Source: a virus (taxonomy: Duplodnaviria > Caudoviricetes). Taken from it: 64,000 nt of DNA. The stretch covers positions 33,491-97,490 of the IMG/VR virus record IMGVR_UViG_3300020577_008743. One strand, written 5' to 3'. The first letter of the stretch is position 1. The number at the start of each line of letters is the position of its first letter. Of this stretch, positions 15,207 to 25,605 are shown one piece after another. Under the pieces are notes generated by a model. The model saw only the letters and a list, made by a program, of their open reading frames with translations, ran no database searches and was not told the DNA's origin. A program made the translations under genes and the position numbers.

Positions 15207-15918
15207 TGATCTACACTACGAATTCAACGAAGGTTACTATTTAAAAAAAGAGCACTTCGTTGGAGACGTAATAGTCCTGGCTGGGGACATCTGTAGCCTA
15301 CCGGATCACAGATTTGCAGATCTTCCGGATGTACCTGTGATTCATGTGCTGGGTAATCATGAACACTATGGCAAGAACTTTGTCGATACCAAGCGTAAGA
15401 CGGAAGATGCTTGGCTGCGGCTAGGCAAAGAGAACGTCAGCGTGCTGAACAATCAGGTTCGAGTGGAAGACGGAGTCAGATTCCTCTGCACCACTCTTTG
15501 GACTGATTTTCTCACCGAAGACAAAATGTATCAGATGGCTGAGTGTAAAAGGGGAATGAACGATTTCTACCAAATTCGTAACTTCACCACCGCCACCTGG
15601 ATCTACGAAAATGACGTGGCCGTGACGTGGCTGAAGCAGGAACTGGCCAAAGAGCACGAAGGAAAGACGGTGGTAGTTACTCACCATGCCCCTTCTTTCA
15701 AAAGCAATGGGGAATGGTACAGAAACAGTAGTATCCGTGCCGGGTTTTGTACTGACATGGAGTATCTAATGAAGGAGGAGAAGATTGACCTCTGGATTCA
15801 CGGTCACACTCACGAACCGGCCGATTACATGGTTGGATCAACAAGAGTGGTGTGTAATCCTCTGGGGTATCGAGCTGAGAATCCCAGATTTCAAGAATCG
15901 CTTGTAGTAGAAATTTGA
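15187..15918 (+). CDS. calcineurin-like metallophosphoesterase
   Basis: SDLH, LAGD, GNHE, THHAP, HGHTH, NPLGY motifs; GTG start 15187. Confidence 0.93.
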   Translation: MKIQVLSDLHYEFNEGYYLKKEHFVGDVIVLAGDICSLPDHRFADLPDVPVIHVLGNHEHYGKNFVDTKRKTEDAWLRLGKENVSVLNNQVRVEDGVRFLCTTLWTDFLTEDKMYQMAECKRGMNDFYQIRNFTTATWIYENDVAVTWLKQELAKEHEGKTVVVTHHAPSFKSNGEWYRNSSIRAGFCTDMEYLMKEEKIDLWIHGHTHEPADYMVGSTRVVCNPLGYRAENPRFQESLVVEI

Positions 15919-16184
15919 AAGGAAACATCTTGAACAGACTCACTATTTCGCTTGATAAAGAACTCCTTACTCTTGAAGGAGAACATGGAATTTGCTCTCT
16001 GCCTGTTGATCATCTCAGCACCGCTTTAAGAGCCGAATTGGTGAAGCTGACGGGCTGGGATATGAGCGAATTTTTCTATCCAGGCTCTCTTTTGTTGTGT
16101 AAGGTGACTAGAGTCACGGTGCATCCCCTTTCTTCGGTATACCTGGCCTACCTTTCTGATTTCCACATCAAGGAATTGGTATAA
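15915..16184 (+). CDS. hypothetical protein
   Basis: ORF overlapping previous stop. Confidence 0.5.
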   Translation: MKGNILNRLTISLDKELLTLEGEHGICSLPVDHLSTALRAELVKLTGWDMSEFFYPGSLLLCKVTRVTVHPLSSVYLAYLSDFHIKELV

Positions 16185-16192
16185 GTAAAGTA

Positions 16193-16449
16193 CAGGGGGG
16201 TTATTCTCTGAAACCGAAAAGGACTTGATATGGACCTCAATCGTCGAAGGAAGGGAGCGGGCTTGTTCCGTCGGAACAGGACACCGTCCATGCTGAAGGG
16301 CGGAGACAGGCCTACCGTTCACATCCCCAAGGCTGGGAAACGCCCCCGGGAATCCCGCAAACCGCTCACCACAGTTCAAACCTGATTCATCCTCGTCTTC
16401 CCTACGATTCCTAACGGAATCTTTCGGCCCGATTCACTGGGCCTTTTTT
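16193..16449 (+). ncRNA. candidate stand-alone structured ncRNA (~255 nt)
   Basis: Promoter motif 16177-16185, nested helices (CCGAAA/TTTCGG, AATCGT/ACGATT, GAGCGG/CCGCTC, CCGTCC/GGGCGG), ends in terminator. Confidence 0.6.
16426..16449 (+). terminator. intrinsic terminator
   Basis: GGCCC/GGGCC hairpin plus T6. Confidence 0.75.
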
Positions 16450-16465
16450 CGCTTCAGGAATTCTC

Positions 16466-16939
16466 ATGGCATATGTACTGAAAATCAATCCCAGAAACAA
16501 GATATTGCTTTCCCTTCTGGCGATGGACCGGAAACTTCTTATTCACGTAGGGCATCCGTACCTCTGCGGAAATCTCTGCGACCTAGCCCTATGGGGAGTT
16601 AAACTTCTTCTCTGCCTTGCCGCTACTTTAATCTGGTACGGATTTCTGTGGGGAACCATGGCCTGTGCTGCGTATGTAACATACGGAATTTGGAACGATA
16701 TATTTATCCCCTCAACAGATCACTCCACCTGGGGTGTGGCTAAGGTGATGTTTGTATTCTTCGGAACCTGCATTGGTTGGATGGTATTCATTGTGTGGAT
16801 ACTGCCCATTCTTTTACGAACAGGTGTACGTTGGATAAAACTTCTATGGGGGAAACTTACTGAGTCGATGTTCTGTATCACTATTGACTTTGATGATCGT
16901 AAGTTGGACGTTCCCAAACGTCGAGGAGAATATGAATAA
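16466..16939 (+). CDS. membrane protein
   Basis: Hydrophobic segments; AGGA RBS. Confidence 0.7.
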   Translation: MAYVLKINPRNKILLSLLAMDRKLLIHVGHPYLCGNLCDLALWGVKLLLCLAATLIWYGFLWGTMACAAYVTYGIWNDIFIPSTDHSTWGVAKVMFVFFGTCIGWMVFIVWILPILLRTGVRWIKLLWGKLTESMFCITIDFDDRKLDVPKRRGEYE

Positions 16940-18169
16940 ATGAGCCAACACGAAGTACTAATATACAAGGCAAAGCTGCTGCCTCATCCCAACGCGGATA
17001 TGATAGAGCTTTGTCAGATCGGAGACTACCTCTCTATTGTCAAGAAGGGTGATTTCAAGGAAGATCAGCCGGTAGCCTATATTCCTGAACAATCAATTGT
17101 TCCAGAACCTCTTTTGGAAGAAATGGGGTTGAAGAACAAGCTCTCTGGTGCAGCCCGAAACCGGGTCAAAGCCATCAAGTTGCGTGGTACTCTATCCCAG
17201 GGCTTGGTGTACGTCAAACCGGGAGGTTACGCCGAAGAGGACGTAGGTCGAAACGTAGCTGAAGAGCTGGGGATCATCAAGTGGTCTCCGACTCTACCGG
17301 TCCACCTACGAGGAAAAGCCAAAGGCATGGCTTACGATATTACTGTCAACTACGATATAGAGAATATCAAAAAATGGAACCGACACATTGAAGAAGGGGA
17401 CTTGGTAGTAATCACCGAGAAAATTCATGGAACAAACGTCCAGATTGGTTATGCTCCACGTTGTGGGAGCAGTGGCGGAGGGGTGGGCATTAGTTATGAC
17501 GGACAGTCTTCCTCCGGAGGGCCCGATGGAGGTGGGTCAGGCGTTGACGTGGTCTCATCCGAGACCAGGAATATTCTGTTTGAGAACTCATTCTGGGTTA
17601 GTTCAAAAGGTTTGGGTGGTAGGGGAATCATTCTCGATATGGAAGATTCCTCCAACGTTTACGCCAATATTGCTCGTTCCATCGAATATAACCTTCTTGA
17701 GAAAATCCGCAATTTTTACACCGGAAAAAACCTCAGACACATCGAGTATCTCTCAGGCCTTCAATGCCCCCCGATAGTCCTGATAGGAGAAATATTCGGG
17801 CCAGGTATTCAAACAGGTTTTCACTACGGTCAAACCAAGCCTGAATTCAGGCTATTCGACATTGCTGTAGGCCCTCGTAATAACAGGATGTACCTGAGCT
17901 GGGACGATTACATGCAAGCAGCCTTTATCATGGGCATTCCGACAGTCCCTACTTTGTATATCGGTCCGTTCTCAAAAGAGATTCTGGCACAGTACACCTC
18001 TGGCAAGGAAAAGGTTACCAACCATTCCCACCACATGAGGGAAGGTTGCGTAGTTCGGTTGATCAATGAGAAGTCTTCAGGAAACCTGGGCAGGGTTATT
18101 CTGAAGAGCATATCGGAAGAGTATCTAACTAGAAAAGGTACCGAGGAAGAATTGACGGAGTACCAGTGA
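16940..18169 (+). CDS. ATP-dependent RNA ligase, DRB0094/Rnl5 type with N-terminal OB domain
   Basis: PHPNAD.IE, RVKAIKLRG..SQG, motif I TEKIHGTN, GEIFG, FDI, EGCVV, ILKSIS. Confidence 0.92.
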   Translation: MSQHEVLIYKAKLLPHPNADMIELCQIGDYLSIVKKGDFKEDQPVAYIPEQSIVPEPLLEEMGLKNKLSGAARNRVKAIKLRGTLSQGLVYVKPGGYAEEDVGRNVAEELGIIKWSPTLPVHLRGKAKGMAYDITVNYDIENIKKWNRHIEEGDLVVITEKIHGTNVQIGYAPRCGSSGGGVGISYDGQSSSGGPDGGGSGVDVVSSETRNILFENSFWVSSKGLGGRGIILDMEDSSNVYANIARSIEYNLLEKIRNFYTGKNLRHIEYLSGLQCPPIVLIGEIFGPGIQTGFHYGQTKPEFRLFDIAVGPRNNRMYLSWDDYMQAAFIMGIPTVPTLYIGPFSKEILAQYTSGKEKVTNHSHHMREGCVVRLINEKSSGNLGRVILKSISEEYLTRKGTEEELTEYQ

Positions 18170-18175
18170 CGGAAA

Positions 18176-18454
18176 CTAGGAGCAGCTTTTAGCCGCTGCT
18201 TCTAGTTTTTCCTCGTAGCTTTGACGAAGTTCAATCTCGGCCAGTGCTTTTTTTATCTTGGAAAAGACGTTTTCTTCTGGACTGGTGGAATCCAAAGGCA
18301 TTACTGGACGTTCGGGTAAAGTAACCTTGCAAGGAACCTGCACAGCTACGTTTACTATCTTGTCTTCAGTTTTGATTATAGGAGCTTGGCTGGAAGCGCA
18401 GCCTACTAAGAGTAAGGCGAATAGTGGAATCAGCATTTGTTGTAGGGGTTTCAT
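18176..18454 (-). CDS. o-spanin (Rz1-like lipoprotein)
   Basis: Lipobox LLVGC, Pro-rich, overlaps i-spanin 3' end. Confidence 0.85.
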   Translation of the reverse strand: MKPLQQMLIPLFALLLVGCASSQAPIIKTEDKIVNVAVQVPCKVTLPERPVMPLDSTSPEENVFSKIKKALAEIELRQSYEEKLEAAAKSCS

Positions 18455-18848
18455 TTCTCTTTTTTCGTGTTGCCAGGTATTCGTTCAGAATCTTGTCCCC
18501 CTCTGAACAATAGTCGGTAGTGTTTGGAGTTCTAGCCAAAAGCTCTTGGGCCAAGGATTCGTTCTTAGAGGCTCTTTTTTTAGCCTCTGATACCTCGGTA
18601 GCAGCTTTTGCTGATCGTTCGTCTGAGGCCGTTTTAAGGGCCTCTATGCTGGCATTCTGCTTGTCTATGTCCCTGTCCTTGCTTGCCAGGGTTCCTTCCA
18701 GGTTCTTTACTGCCTGTTTGAACTCGCCTATGTCCTGGTTAAGCTGGCCGTTCTGGTTTTCCAGATATTTGATTCTCCAGCCCATCAAACCAATAACGAC
18801 AATCAATACAACCAAGCCTATGAGTTGAATTTGTGAAAAGCCAAACAT
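18366..18848 (-). CDS. i-spanin (Rz-like)
   Basis: N-terminal TM helix, coiled coil, C-terminal Cys. Confidence 0.85.
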   Translation of the reverse strand: MFGFSQIQLIGLVVLIVVIGLMGWRIKYLENQNGQLNQDIGEFKQAVKNLEGTLASKDRDIDKQNASIEALKTASDERSAKAATEVSEAKKRASKNESLAQELLARTPNTTDYCSEGDKILNEYLATRKKRNETPTTNADSTIRLTLSRLRFQPSSYNQN

Positions 18849-18849
18849 A

Positions 18850-19158
18850 TCAGATCATGGACCAAGTAGGAGAGCCGGTGATAACCGTGTAACTTCCCCC
18901 TCCAGTGGTACCAGTGTCTCCAACTCTGTGAATTGCCAACCCGCCCAAAGTACAAGTAGCTGAACCAGTGAGGGCTGTGGTGGTATGACCACAAGTGGCC
19001 AAACCTTGACTCCCAACTACGCAAATAGCTGCTCCATCCAAAGTCCCAATAGGGGATCCAGTGGTGAAAGTGACTGTGTATGCTACTGGGGTTACTCCAT
19101 GGAGCGTGCAAATTCCGGAACCGGTATCTCCAACTCTTGCTACTGCTTGAACTGTCAT
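18850..19158 (-). CDS. PAAR-like spike tip protein
   Basis: VARVGD...H...TGS...CGH...AIHRVGD. Confidence 0.8.
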   Translation of the reverse strand: MTVQAVARVGDTGSGICTLHGVTPVAYTVTFTTGSPIGTLDGAAICVVGSQGLATCGHTTTALTGSATCTLGGLAIHRVGDTGTTGGGSYTVITGSPTWSMI

Positions 19159-19571
19159 GTCAGTATTCCTGTAACTTTAACGGAGGCTGCAACGTAGCCT
19201 TGTAGAGGGATATCAGCCTGTGGGGCAATGTACTTAAGCAACGTTGCAAACCCGTTAGCAAAACTGATTCTGTAGCCGGTATCCATCTGAACTAAAAACA
19301 ACTCATACCACAAATTTCCAGGTCCGTATCCTTGTAGATCGTAGGGTTTGATTCGTATGGAAACCAAAGAATTATCATAGTCCATCTCAATGGAACTGTC
19401 AAGGCTGGAATACGTTTTGATAAGGGTGTCACTACCTTTTTCAGGCCTTACGTACAGAGTGGCTACGTAGTTGGATATATCCATCGGGAGATTGGTGGAA
19501 GAGTCTCTCCACTCAAACTCTATTGTCTTGTCCGATATCGGTGAGACGTTGAAGTTATAGAATATTGTCAT
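19155..19571 (-). CDS. putative virion protein (BppU N-terminal-like)
   Basis: PMDISNY.A.L.VR...WYELFL beta-sandwich pattern. Confidence 0.55.
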   Translation of the reverse strand: MTIFYNFNVSPISDKTIEFEWRDSSTNLPMDISNYVATLYVRPEKGSDTLIKTYSSLDSSIEMDYDNSLVSIRIKPYDLQGYGPGNLWYELFLVQMDTGYRISFANGFATLLKYIAPQADIPLQGYVAASVKVTGILT

Positions 19572-19583
19572 CTTATCACGCTA

Positions 19584-20264
19584 TTACGGTACTTTCTTGG
19601 TGGATACTACGACCCTATCCACTCCTCCAGCCGAAGAGTTGGTTTTCTGAACCGTCTTGGACTTGATGTCTATGTTGGCAGCGGAAATACCTTTGTCCAA
19701 CGGGGTTTGAGAGCCAAAGACCTTATCTTTGACATCTTCGTTGTAAATCCACACTCCGTTGTAGTACATGGCCGAACCAAGGAGTTCTGCAGCCACAAGA
19801 AGTTGTAACTGACGGGCAGTAAGATTGCTCTCGAGAATCTCGTCCCAGACTCCGGCTGCAATTTCAGAAACCGTAGGAAAGGTCGAAGAGCCCGAACCAG
19901 AGCCGGAGCCATCCCCGGTAATAACAGTAGCTGCTGCGCTTGAAAGAACCAGGACCTGAGGACTTCCGGTATTTATGATTCTGTTCAAAGCGTCGGACAG
20001 GTTCCCCCCCGTGACTGTAGCCTGGTATGATCCCGCTGCGAACTTTAGCTTCCACTGGTTTCTAAGGCTGGCAGTAATACCAGTAAAGACTGAGCTGCCG
20101 AGGTCGTCTTTCCCCACGGCAGCAAGAATGGAAGGTTCAACTATTCCTCTTTCGCTAGCCTCTTCTTGTCTTATGGTGTTGACTAAAGTCTGAACAGTAA
20201 GCGGCTGTGCGTCGGCTTGAGGAACGTTGATGAAGCTCGACGCATAGTCGAAAGTAATAGTCAA
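19584..20264 (-). CDS. putative virion protein
   Basis: Structural block; Ser/Gly linker, EIAAGVWD motif. Confidence 0.55.
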   Translation of the reverse strand: MTITFDYASSFINVPQADAQPLTVQTLVNTIRQEEASERGIVEPSILAAVGKDDLGSSVFTGITASLRNQWKLKFAAGSYQATVTGGNLSDALNRIINTGSPQVLVLSSAAATVITGDGSGSGSGSSTFPTVSEIAAGVWDEILESNLTARQLQLLVAAELLGSAMYYNGVWIYNEDVKDKVFGSQTPLDKGISAANIDIKSKTVQKTNSSAGGVDRVVVSTKKVP

Positions 20265-20280
20265 AAGACACCTATATCAA

Positions 20281-22173
20281 TTAGGTAGCTACTGGGTCAA
20301 CTGTTCTGATAGCGGAGAAGGAAACATCGGAACTTCCAACTGCGCCAGAGTTCTCGAACGGAAGAATTGAATTCCCTGCTCCAGTGGCGTACTTACGTAC
20401 TCTATACACAACGTTGAATCCTGTCAAGTATGTAATGGGTTGGGCAGTGACAGAAGTGCTGGCAGCCGCTTGATCCACCAAGGGAACGTAACAATAATCC
20501 GTGGATGAGTATGTAGCCGCCAAGGTTCCGCTGAGAGTGAAGACTCCTGTTGCCTTGTTTAGAGCGGTGTAAGTATACCCTACATCCGCCAGTCTGATAA
20601 CCCCCGTGCTGGCTATATCAGTGGGCACTGCTCCTGTCATAGCGGTGCTGGAAACAGTTTGAGAAATAGAGACTGAATATGTACCCGTGCTTCCGGTGCT
20701 TCCCGTAAGCTGAGCAGTAATCAAGGTTCCTGTAGTTACTCCAGTCCCGGTAACCATGGATCCGTAGGCAAGGGTTCCGGAACCCACAGCACTTACGGTC
20801 ATTGTCGTGCCTGAAATGCTTGCGGTAAAGGTAGAAGTAGTATCTACCGTAACTGTTCCTGCGCCACTTGTTGCAGTCTTGATCTTGAATTGATTTCTGT
20901 TGATAACCAAGCTGCCAGAGCCGGTTGATCTTGCAACCAGTACTCTGTCTCCACTTACAACTCCGGTAACAGACACGGTTACCGAGAGAGGAGGAGTACG
21001 AGTGTTACCCGCGTTGTCAATCAGTACTCTGTTGTTTGAATCAGAAACATTGGTGATAAGAACGCCTCTCGCACCAAAGATCTTACCACCAGCAAACGTG
21101 CCGAAGGGAGATTGTTTCGTTTCTGCGTAAGTATTTGAATAATAACGATAAAACTTACCGTCTCTAGTCGTCGGAGGAGAACCTGCAGCCCTTGCTCCCG
21201 CAGTTGCGTACTTCAAGTACTTGTAAACTTGGAGACAAGTAAGGCCGGCTCCGTTTACAGTAATATCATAGTTTTCGTTGTTGCCATCGCCGTCAATGTC
21301 TGCTGCGTACGGGCCGGCATATGAAATGGTAACAGCACCATAGCTACCCCCGGTTCCATCATCGTTAGTATCGACTGAGGTAGCCAGCGGAACAGGGTTT
21401 CTACCCCCGGTTGCCGTAGCAGTTGCGGAGAAGTTATCGTACAGGTTACCCAAGTCTCGAACATAGGCAGTAATTGCCTTTGCGGTGCCATCGGTGGAAA
21501 TGTCAGAGCCAGCTACAGTTACTTTGACTAACTGATCTACGTGACCACTGGCGTAGCCCGGAGGGGCAGAGAGTGCCAAACTGTTTTGGTACAGGTATAC
21601 AACCCCGCCAGCAACCAAAGTGCCGATGGTATAGAAGTTGGCCCAAATATCCTCTCCAGAAGCTTGGGAGGGTCCCGTTCCTGCTCCGGTTCCTCCGGTG
21701 GTGGAAATGTTGCCTGAAAAAGTTTGAGCAGAACCTGGAGTTCTTACCCATATTTTCTTCGCGGTATTGTCGTAAGCAAGTAAAGTTCCAGTACCAGTCG
21801 TAGCTCCAACGATGGTTTTGCCAATGTCCCCGGCAACCCAAGAGGCGGAAACGGTAGTTAAGGTAATTTGATAAATAGCGGTACTAGTGGCATAAGTTGT
21901 GGCATCCCAACCTATGGTCCTTACAGAGCCGCCGGTGAGATATCCATAACTAGTGTCGTCAATCATCCACCCGTTGATGAGAGCATATTCTGTCGGGGTC
22001 GAGGCCGACATTGGAACTGGGTCATCCATCTGAGTTGCGTTATCAAACTCATTCATGATCTCGGAATACAAAGCGTTTACCGTTATACGACTAGACCCAG
22101 TATTATGCTTTATAAGTCTGAGAGCAGTATCGTATTGCCAGTCAGTCAGATTGGTGAAGTTAACAAATGCCAT
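20281..22173 (-). CDS. putative virion fibre/appendage protein
   Basis: Thr/Gly-rich beta protein, [12 protein letters not shown] insert; own late-promoter motif. Confidence 0.65.
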   Translation of the reverse strand: MAFVNFTNLTDWQYDTALRLIKHNTGSSRITVNALYSEIMNEFDNATQMDDPVPMSASTPTEYALINGWMIDDTSYGYLTGGSVRTIGWDATTYATSTAIYQITLTTVSASWVAGDIGKTIVGATTGTGTLLAYDNTAKKIWVRTPGSAQTFSGNISTTGGTGAGTGPSQASGEDIWANFYTIGTLVAGGVVYLYQNSLALSAPPGYASGHVDQLVKVTVAGSDISTDGTAKAITAYVRDLGNLYDNFSATATATGGRNPVPLATSVDTNDDGTGGSYGAVTISYAGPYAADIDGDGNNENYDITVNGAGLTCLQVYKYLKYATAGARAAGSPPTTRDGKFYRYYSNTYAETKQSPFGTFAGGKIFGARGVLITNVSDSNNRVLIDNAGNTRTPPLSVTVSVTGVVSGDRVLVARSTGSGSLVINRNQFKIKTATSGAGTVTVDTTSTFTASISGTTMTVSAVGSGTLAYGSMVTGTGVTTGTLITAQLTGSTGSTGTYSVSISQTVSSTAMTGAVPTDIASTGVIRLADVGYTYTALNKATGVFTLSGTLAATYSSTDYCYVPLVDQAAASTSVTAQPITYLTGFNVVYRVRKYATGAGNSILPFENSGAVGSSDVSFSAIRTVDPVAT

Positions 22174-22203
22174 TTCTTGCCTTGAATTTAGTTAGGTACT
22201 CTG

Positions 22204-22210
22204 ATTTTAG
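22204..22210 (-). promoter_or_regulatory. CTAAAAT putative late-promoter motif
   Basis: Also upstream of - strand genes at 40300, 48636, 63812. Confidence 0.5.
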
Positions 22211-22221
22211 CTTTTGGCCGG

Positions 22222-22659
22222 TTAGGCTATTGTGTCCGGCACTTGAATAACATAGACGTTCACTACTCCGGTACTAGCCGTTAAAAAGGTTTCAAACGGT
22301 AAATATTTCTGTCCGGTAGTGCCCTTCCTAAGTCGCAGCCGAAGATCGTTCAAGGGATTTCCTATGCTGTAATAGTATAGAGTCAGATCAAACTGGGCTA
22401 TAGTCGAATCCAGAGTTCCGGATACAACCCCTAGATTTGAGCTGGTACCCCCAGCAGCAGCATTAGTGGAACTAACAAATACCCCGTATTCAGATCCTGC
22501 AATAGAGTTTTGAATTCTAAGGGTAAAAGATCCTACCGGTTCTGAATCGAGTCTTTGTCTTCCGAGAGAGATGCTACCTTGTGGGTAAATGCCCGTATCG
22601 GTATTCAAAGTCAGTATTGAAGGCTGAGTAACCCACGTTAGGGTTGTAAAGGAGGTCAT
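22222..22659 (-). CDS. putative virion protein
   Basis: C-terminus RLRKG...YLPFE...QVPD resembles the C-terminus of 20281-22173. Confidence 0.6.
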   Translation of the reverse strand: MTSFTTLTWVTQPSILTLNTDTGIYPQGSISLGRQRLDSEPVGSFTLRIQNSIAGSEYGVFVSSTNAAAGGTSSNLGVVSGTLDSTIAQFDLTLYYYSIGNPLNDLRLRLRKGTTGQKYLPFETFLTASTGVVNVYVIQVPDTIA

Positions 22660-24635
22660 GTTACAACGAATTCCGGATCAATAAATATTGCTGAAGTTCC
22701 ACTGGAACAAGGGCTGAATATAATCCATTCCACTGTTATTTCCGTGTTCTGTTGAACGGAAGCCGCCGATATTGAAAACTTCTTAGGCACGTAGTTAGCC
22801 CAACTTCCTATGTTGGCCCAAGTGTCTCCGGCCGAAGAGGGATCGTCTTTCAACATAGTGGAGTACGACTGTGGGTTATTAGAAGAATCCACCCAAGATA
22901 CTCGCACACCAAACTGTTGTTTACCGGTTGTTAAGGTAGAGTCATGACAAAATTTACAGTCAATAGTTCTCGCCCCGGTGGCTAGTCTGTTGTATATCGT
23001 TGTCCGGTATGAAAAAGGATAATGTATAGACATTACGTTGGTGCTGTACCAAGATAACTGTATTGAATAGGATGTTCCATCTGGCATTGTTGCGGCCAGA
23101 GTTGGAAAAGGCGTTAAGCTGGCCGGATTCCAATACGCTGCCCCACAGGAATTTTCGTATCTTTGAGCTCTATTGTCTGGACCGCCAATAAAACTAAGAA
23201 AGTTGTTTCTTGGAATTCTACCCATAGCAAGCTGTGCTTGTAAGCCCACTACCACGGAGTCTATGTTTAGGTTGTAATTACCTTCAACAACAAAATGAAA
23301 AGGGGAGGTTGTAACGCCGGTTATACCGGAAGTTAGTAACTGTACTCTTGGGTATAGACCGTTATTGGTTGAGAATCTGCATCTAGTTATTCTAAGCTCT
23401 ACTCCACTAGAACCGCCCAAAGTTCCAGACGCAAGTAATGGTTGCGCATCCGCTGGGCTACCCCCAAGATTGAACAAAAAATCACAATTATCAAATTCTC
23501 TGACCCCGTTTGTAGCAGCGCCCAGGGTGAGAATGCCGACAGAAGGTAAAGTAGATCTGGAATAAGTAGATTGAGTGATCTTACAATCTTGAAATCTGTA
23601 CGTCATCGTACCGCTGGCAGAGGTTCCAAACCCCCACATGGAGCCCGAACCAATCCCACTTCCCCCATCCGCAAATTCCATTCCGATACCCGTGAATCTT
23701 CCAGTTGCACCGTCCATTACTCTGCCTGTTGCGCTGGCAGCACTAACATCGAATGTTACTTTTGCATTGTAGGGGTACAAACATCTCCAGACTACGTCAG
23801 TACCTGCTGACCCGGAATTATCAGGCCTGAAATACACGAAACTACTACCCCCACAAACCAGATTAAGGGTAAACACTCCGGTCCCTGAATCTCCGGTCCA
23901 CTTCGTAGCAGAATCAAATATCAAGTTGAGGGGGGACCCGGCAGCGGTTCTATTAAAGTGAACGCTGGAGCCCAAAGTAATACTCTTTCCAGAAGCAGTT
24001 CTGACGTAAACAAAGTCTTGTTCATTTAATGCTGCCTGGCTAGTCTTGGGACTAACCATTGGTTTACCTACTGCTATTCCGTAGGCAGCGGCGGCTATAG
24101 AACTACTCACTCCTATAGCGGAAGGGTTGATAAACCATCCGAAGCATCCGCCGGTGCCACCCGTAAATTGAGTGATAGTCGGAGTGCCCCAACTTGCAGT
24201 TGCTAGAGCCCAGTTAGAATTAATAGAATTATTACATTGAGTACTCCCCACTCTCGACATTACCTCTAGCGTAGTACCGCTTGTGTTTCTAGTAAATATA
24301 AGGTTTCGAAGTTGAGGAACTCCGTAAGCAACTCCGGCTCCAACCGCAGTTGTACTTGCGTTCATAGCAGTGACTAAATTATCTATTGAGTTTGTTAAAG
24401 CAGCCCCGACATTAAATTGGTTGCCCGTGGCTCCAGAAGCAACTGCAGTAAACACAATCCCGCAGACAGTTACGGTTGCCCCGGCGGAGCAATTGATACC
24501 AAATACTATACTGCCTATAGAAGAGGCCCCTGATGCAGTAGTCGCAGTTCCATCTCCTTCCTGAGGGGTATTCCAAGTAGGAGTGGTCCCTATATTCGTG
24601 GCGTATGCCCCATGATCTACATAATAATCAGCCAT
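22656..24635 (-). CDS. putative virion/receptor-binding protein (beta-helix-like)
   Basis: MADYYVD start, Gly/Ser/Thr-rich, repeated F.DC.I/F rungs. Confidence 0.6.
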   Translation of the reverse strand: MADYYVDHGAYATNIGTTPTWNTPQEGDGTATTASGASSIGSIVFGINCSAGATVTVCGIVFTAVASGATGNQFNVGAALTNSIDNLVTAMNASTTAVGAGVAYGVPQLRNLIFTRNTSGTTLEVMSRVGSTQCNNSINSNWALATASWGTPTITQFTGGTGGCFGWFINPSAIGVSSSIAAAAYGIAVGKPMVSPKTSQAALNEQDFVYVRTASGKSITLGSSVHFNRTAAGSPLNLIFDSATKWTGDSGTGVFTLNLVCGGSSFVYFRPDNSGSAGTDVVWRCLYPYNAKVTFDVSAASATGRVMDGATGRFTGIGMEFADGGSGIGSGSMWGFGTSASGTMTYRFQDCKITQSTYSRSTLPSVGILTLGAATNGVREFDNCDFLFNLGGSPADAQPLLASGTLGGSSGVELRITRCRFSTNNGLYPRVQLLTSGITGVTTSPFHFVVEGNYNLNIDSVVVGLQAQLAMGRIPRNNFLSFIGGPDNRAQRYENSCGAAYWNPASLTPFPTLAATMPDGTSYSIQLSWYSTNVMSIHYPFSYRTTIYNRLATGARTIDCKFCHDSTLTTGKQQFGVRVSWVDSSNNPQSYSTMLKDDPSSAGDTWANIGSWANYVPKKFSISAASVQQNTEITVEWIIFSPCSSGTSAIFIDPEFVVT

Positions 24636-25071
24636 GATATAACTCGTCTTCTGTTGGTGGGGTATCTAGAATTATCAAGGCTCTGCCTGTTCCTAGTAGC
24701 CCGAAAGCCTCTAATTGTTGAACTCCTGCCCTCGTGTCAGGTCGTTTTAAATCAATGAAAGTAGCAACGGTTAAATCTGCTTGAGAAGCTCTGAGTGACG
24801 CTGCCAACCCCCTGGCTTGCATACTTGCTTGAGGATTGTCCAAACCGGCTATTTCAATAGCTATTTTCTCGTTTGAAGTAAATCTGTTTCTAAAGGCAAG
24901 CTTGGTTATCTTCCAAGGCCCATTGTATGGTATCGTCTGGGGAGTTTCTGGTGGGACTATGGTGTAGTCATAGTCAGAAACTGGCCAGCTGTCCCAAATC
25001 ACCTGAGAGTCGGCTTGGTATCTATATACTTCCTTGCCGTCAGATTTTCTTGTAATTTTATATTCAGTCAT
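24628..25071 (-). CDS. putative fibre assembly chaperone
   Basis: ITKLAFRNRFT..E...IDL...DT..G...L...GLL...RA..IL pattern. Confidence 0.65.
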   Translation of the reverse strand: MTEYKITRKSDGKEVYRYQADSQVIWDSWPVSDYDYTIVPPETPQTIPYNGPWKITKLAFRNRFTSNEKIAIEIAGLDNPQASMQARGLAASLRASQADLTVATFIDLKRPDTRAGVQQLEAFGLLGTGRALIILDTPPTEDELYHG

Positions 25072-25072
25072 T

Positions 25073-25519
25073 TCAATTGTAAGTTATAACAAGGTTTCCA
25101 ACAGCGAACTTCTTCGCAGCAGAACCAAGTCCAACTGTGATTTTACTAGGAAATGTAGCGTAGTACAACAGATTTCCACCACTGGCCGAGTCATACAATC
25201 CAAACGCTACGAGATCTCCCCAACTAGCAGTCGGGACTGCAAAGTTGACGTCCACCAGATTGCTGGTAGAACCAGAAGTTCCCGTGGAAGGAGCGGTGTT
25301 GGTTCCTTGAGTGGTGGACCAATTCGCGGAACTGGAAGTAGCTATGGCAGCTCTGGCATACCCCGTTCCTACCGTACTTACTTCTGTTCCAGTGTCAGAG
25401 TCTCCGGGAGAGACAGTGAAAAGGGCTACATAAATCGTACTTGGAGCAGTGTAGGGAGTTTGTTTGAAAACGTGATCAATCAGTTTGTTTTCTAGATAGT
25501 TTGAAAGTCCGCTTGCCAT
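25073..25519 (-). CDS. conserved phage virion/tail-associated protein
   Basis: SNYLENKLIDHVF...YVALFT..P...EVS...GYAR...YDSASGGNLL pattern. Confidence 0.7.
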   Translation of the reverse strand: MASGLSNYLENKLIDHVFKQTPYTAPSTIYVALFTVSPGDSDTGTEVSTVGTGYARAAIATSSSANWSTTQGTNTAPSTGTSGSTSNLVDVNFAVPTASWGDLVAFGLYDSASGGNLLYYATFPSKITVGLGSAAKKFAVGNLVITYN

Positions 25520-25541
25520 GGTGTTTCCTAGTTATTTTAAA

Positions 25542-25567
25542 TAGAAACCCCGGAATGAATCCGGGGC
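25542..25567 (-). terminator. putative terminator
   Basis: CCCCGG/CCGGGG hairpin followed by TTTCTAT on - strand. Confidence 0.55.
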
Positions 25568-25605
25568 ACGAGATTAGAAAAAGTCCGTCCCTTCCTATAC
25601 TCGAT

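Noticed and set aside
16026-16379. 117-aa minus-strand ORF
   Set aside because: Antisense to a promoter-terminator-bounded structured element and to an upstream gene; no protein features
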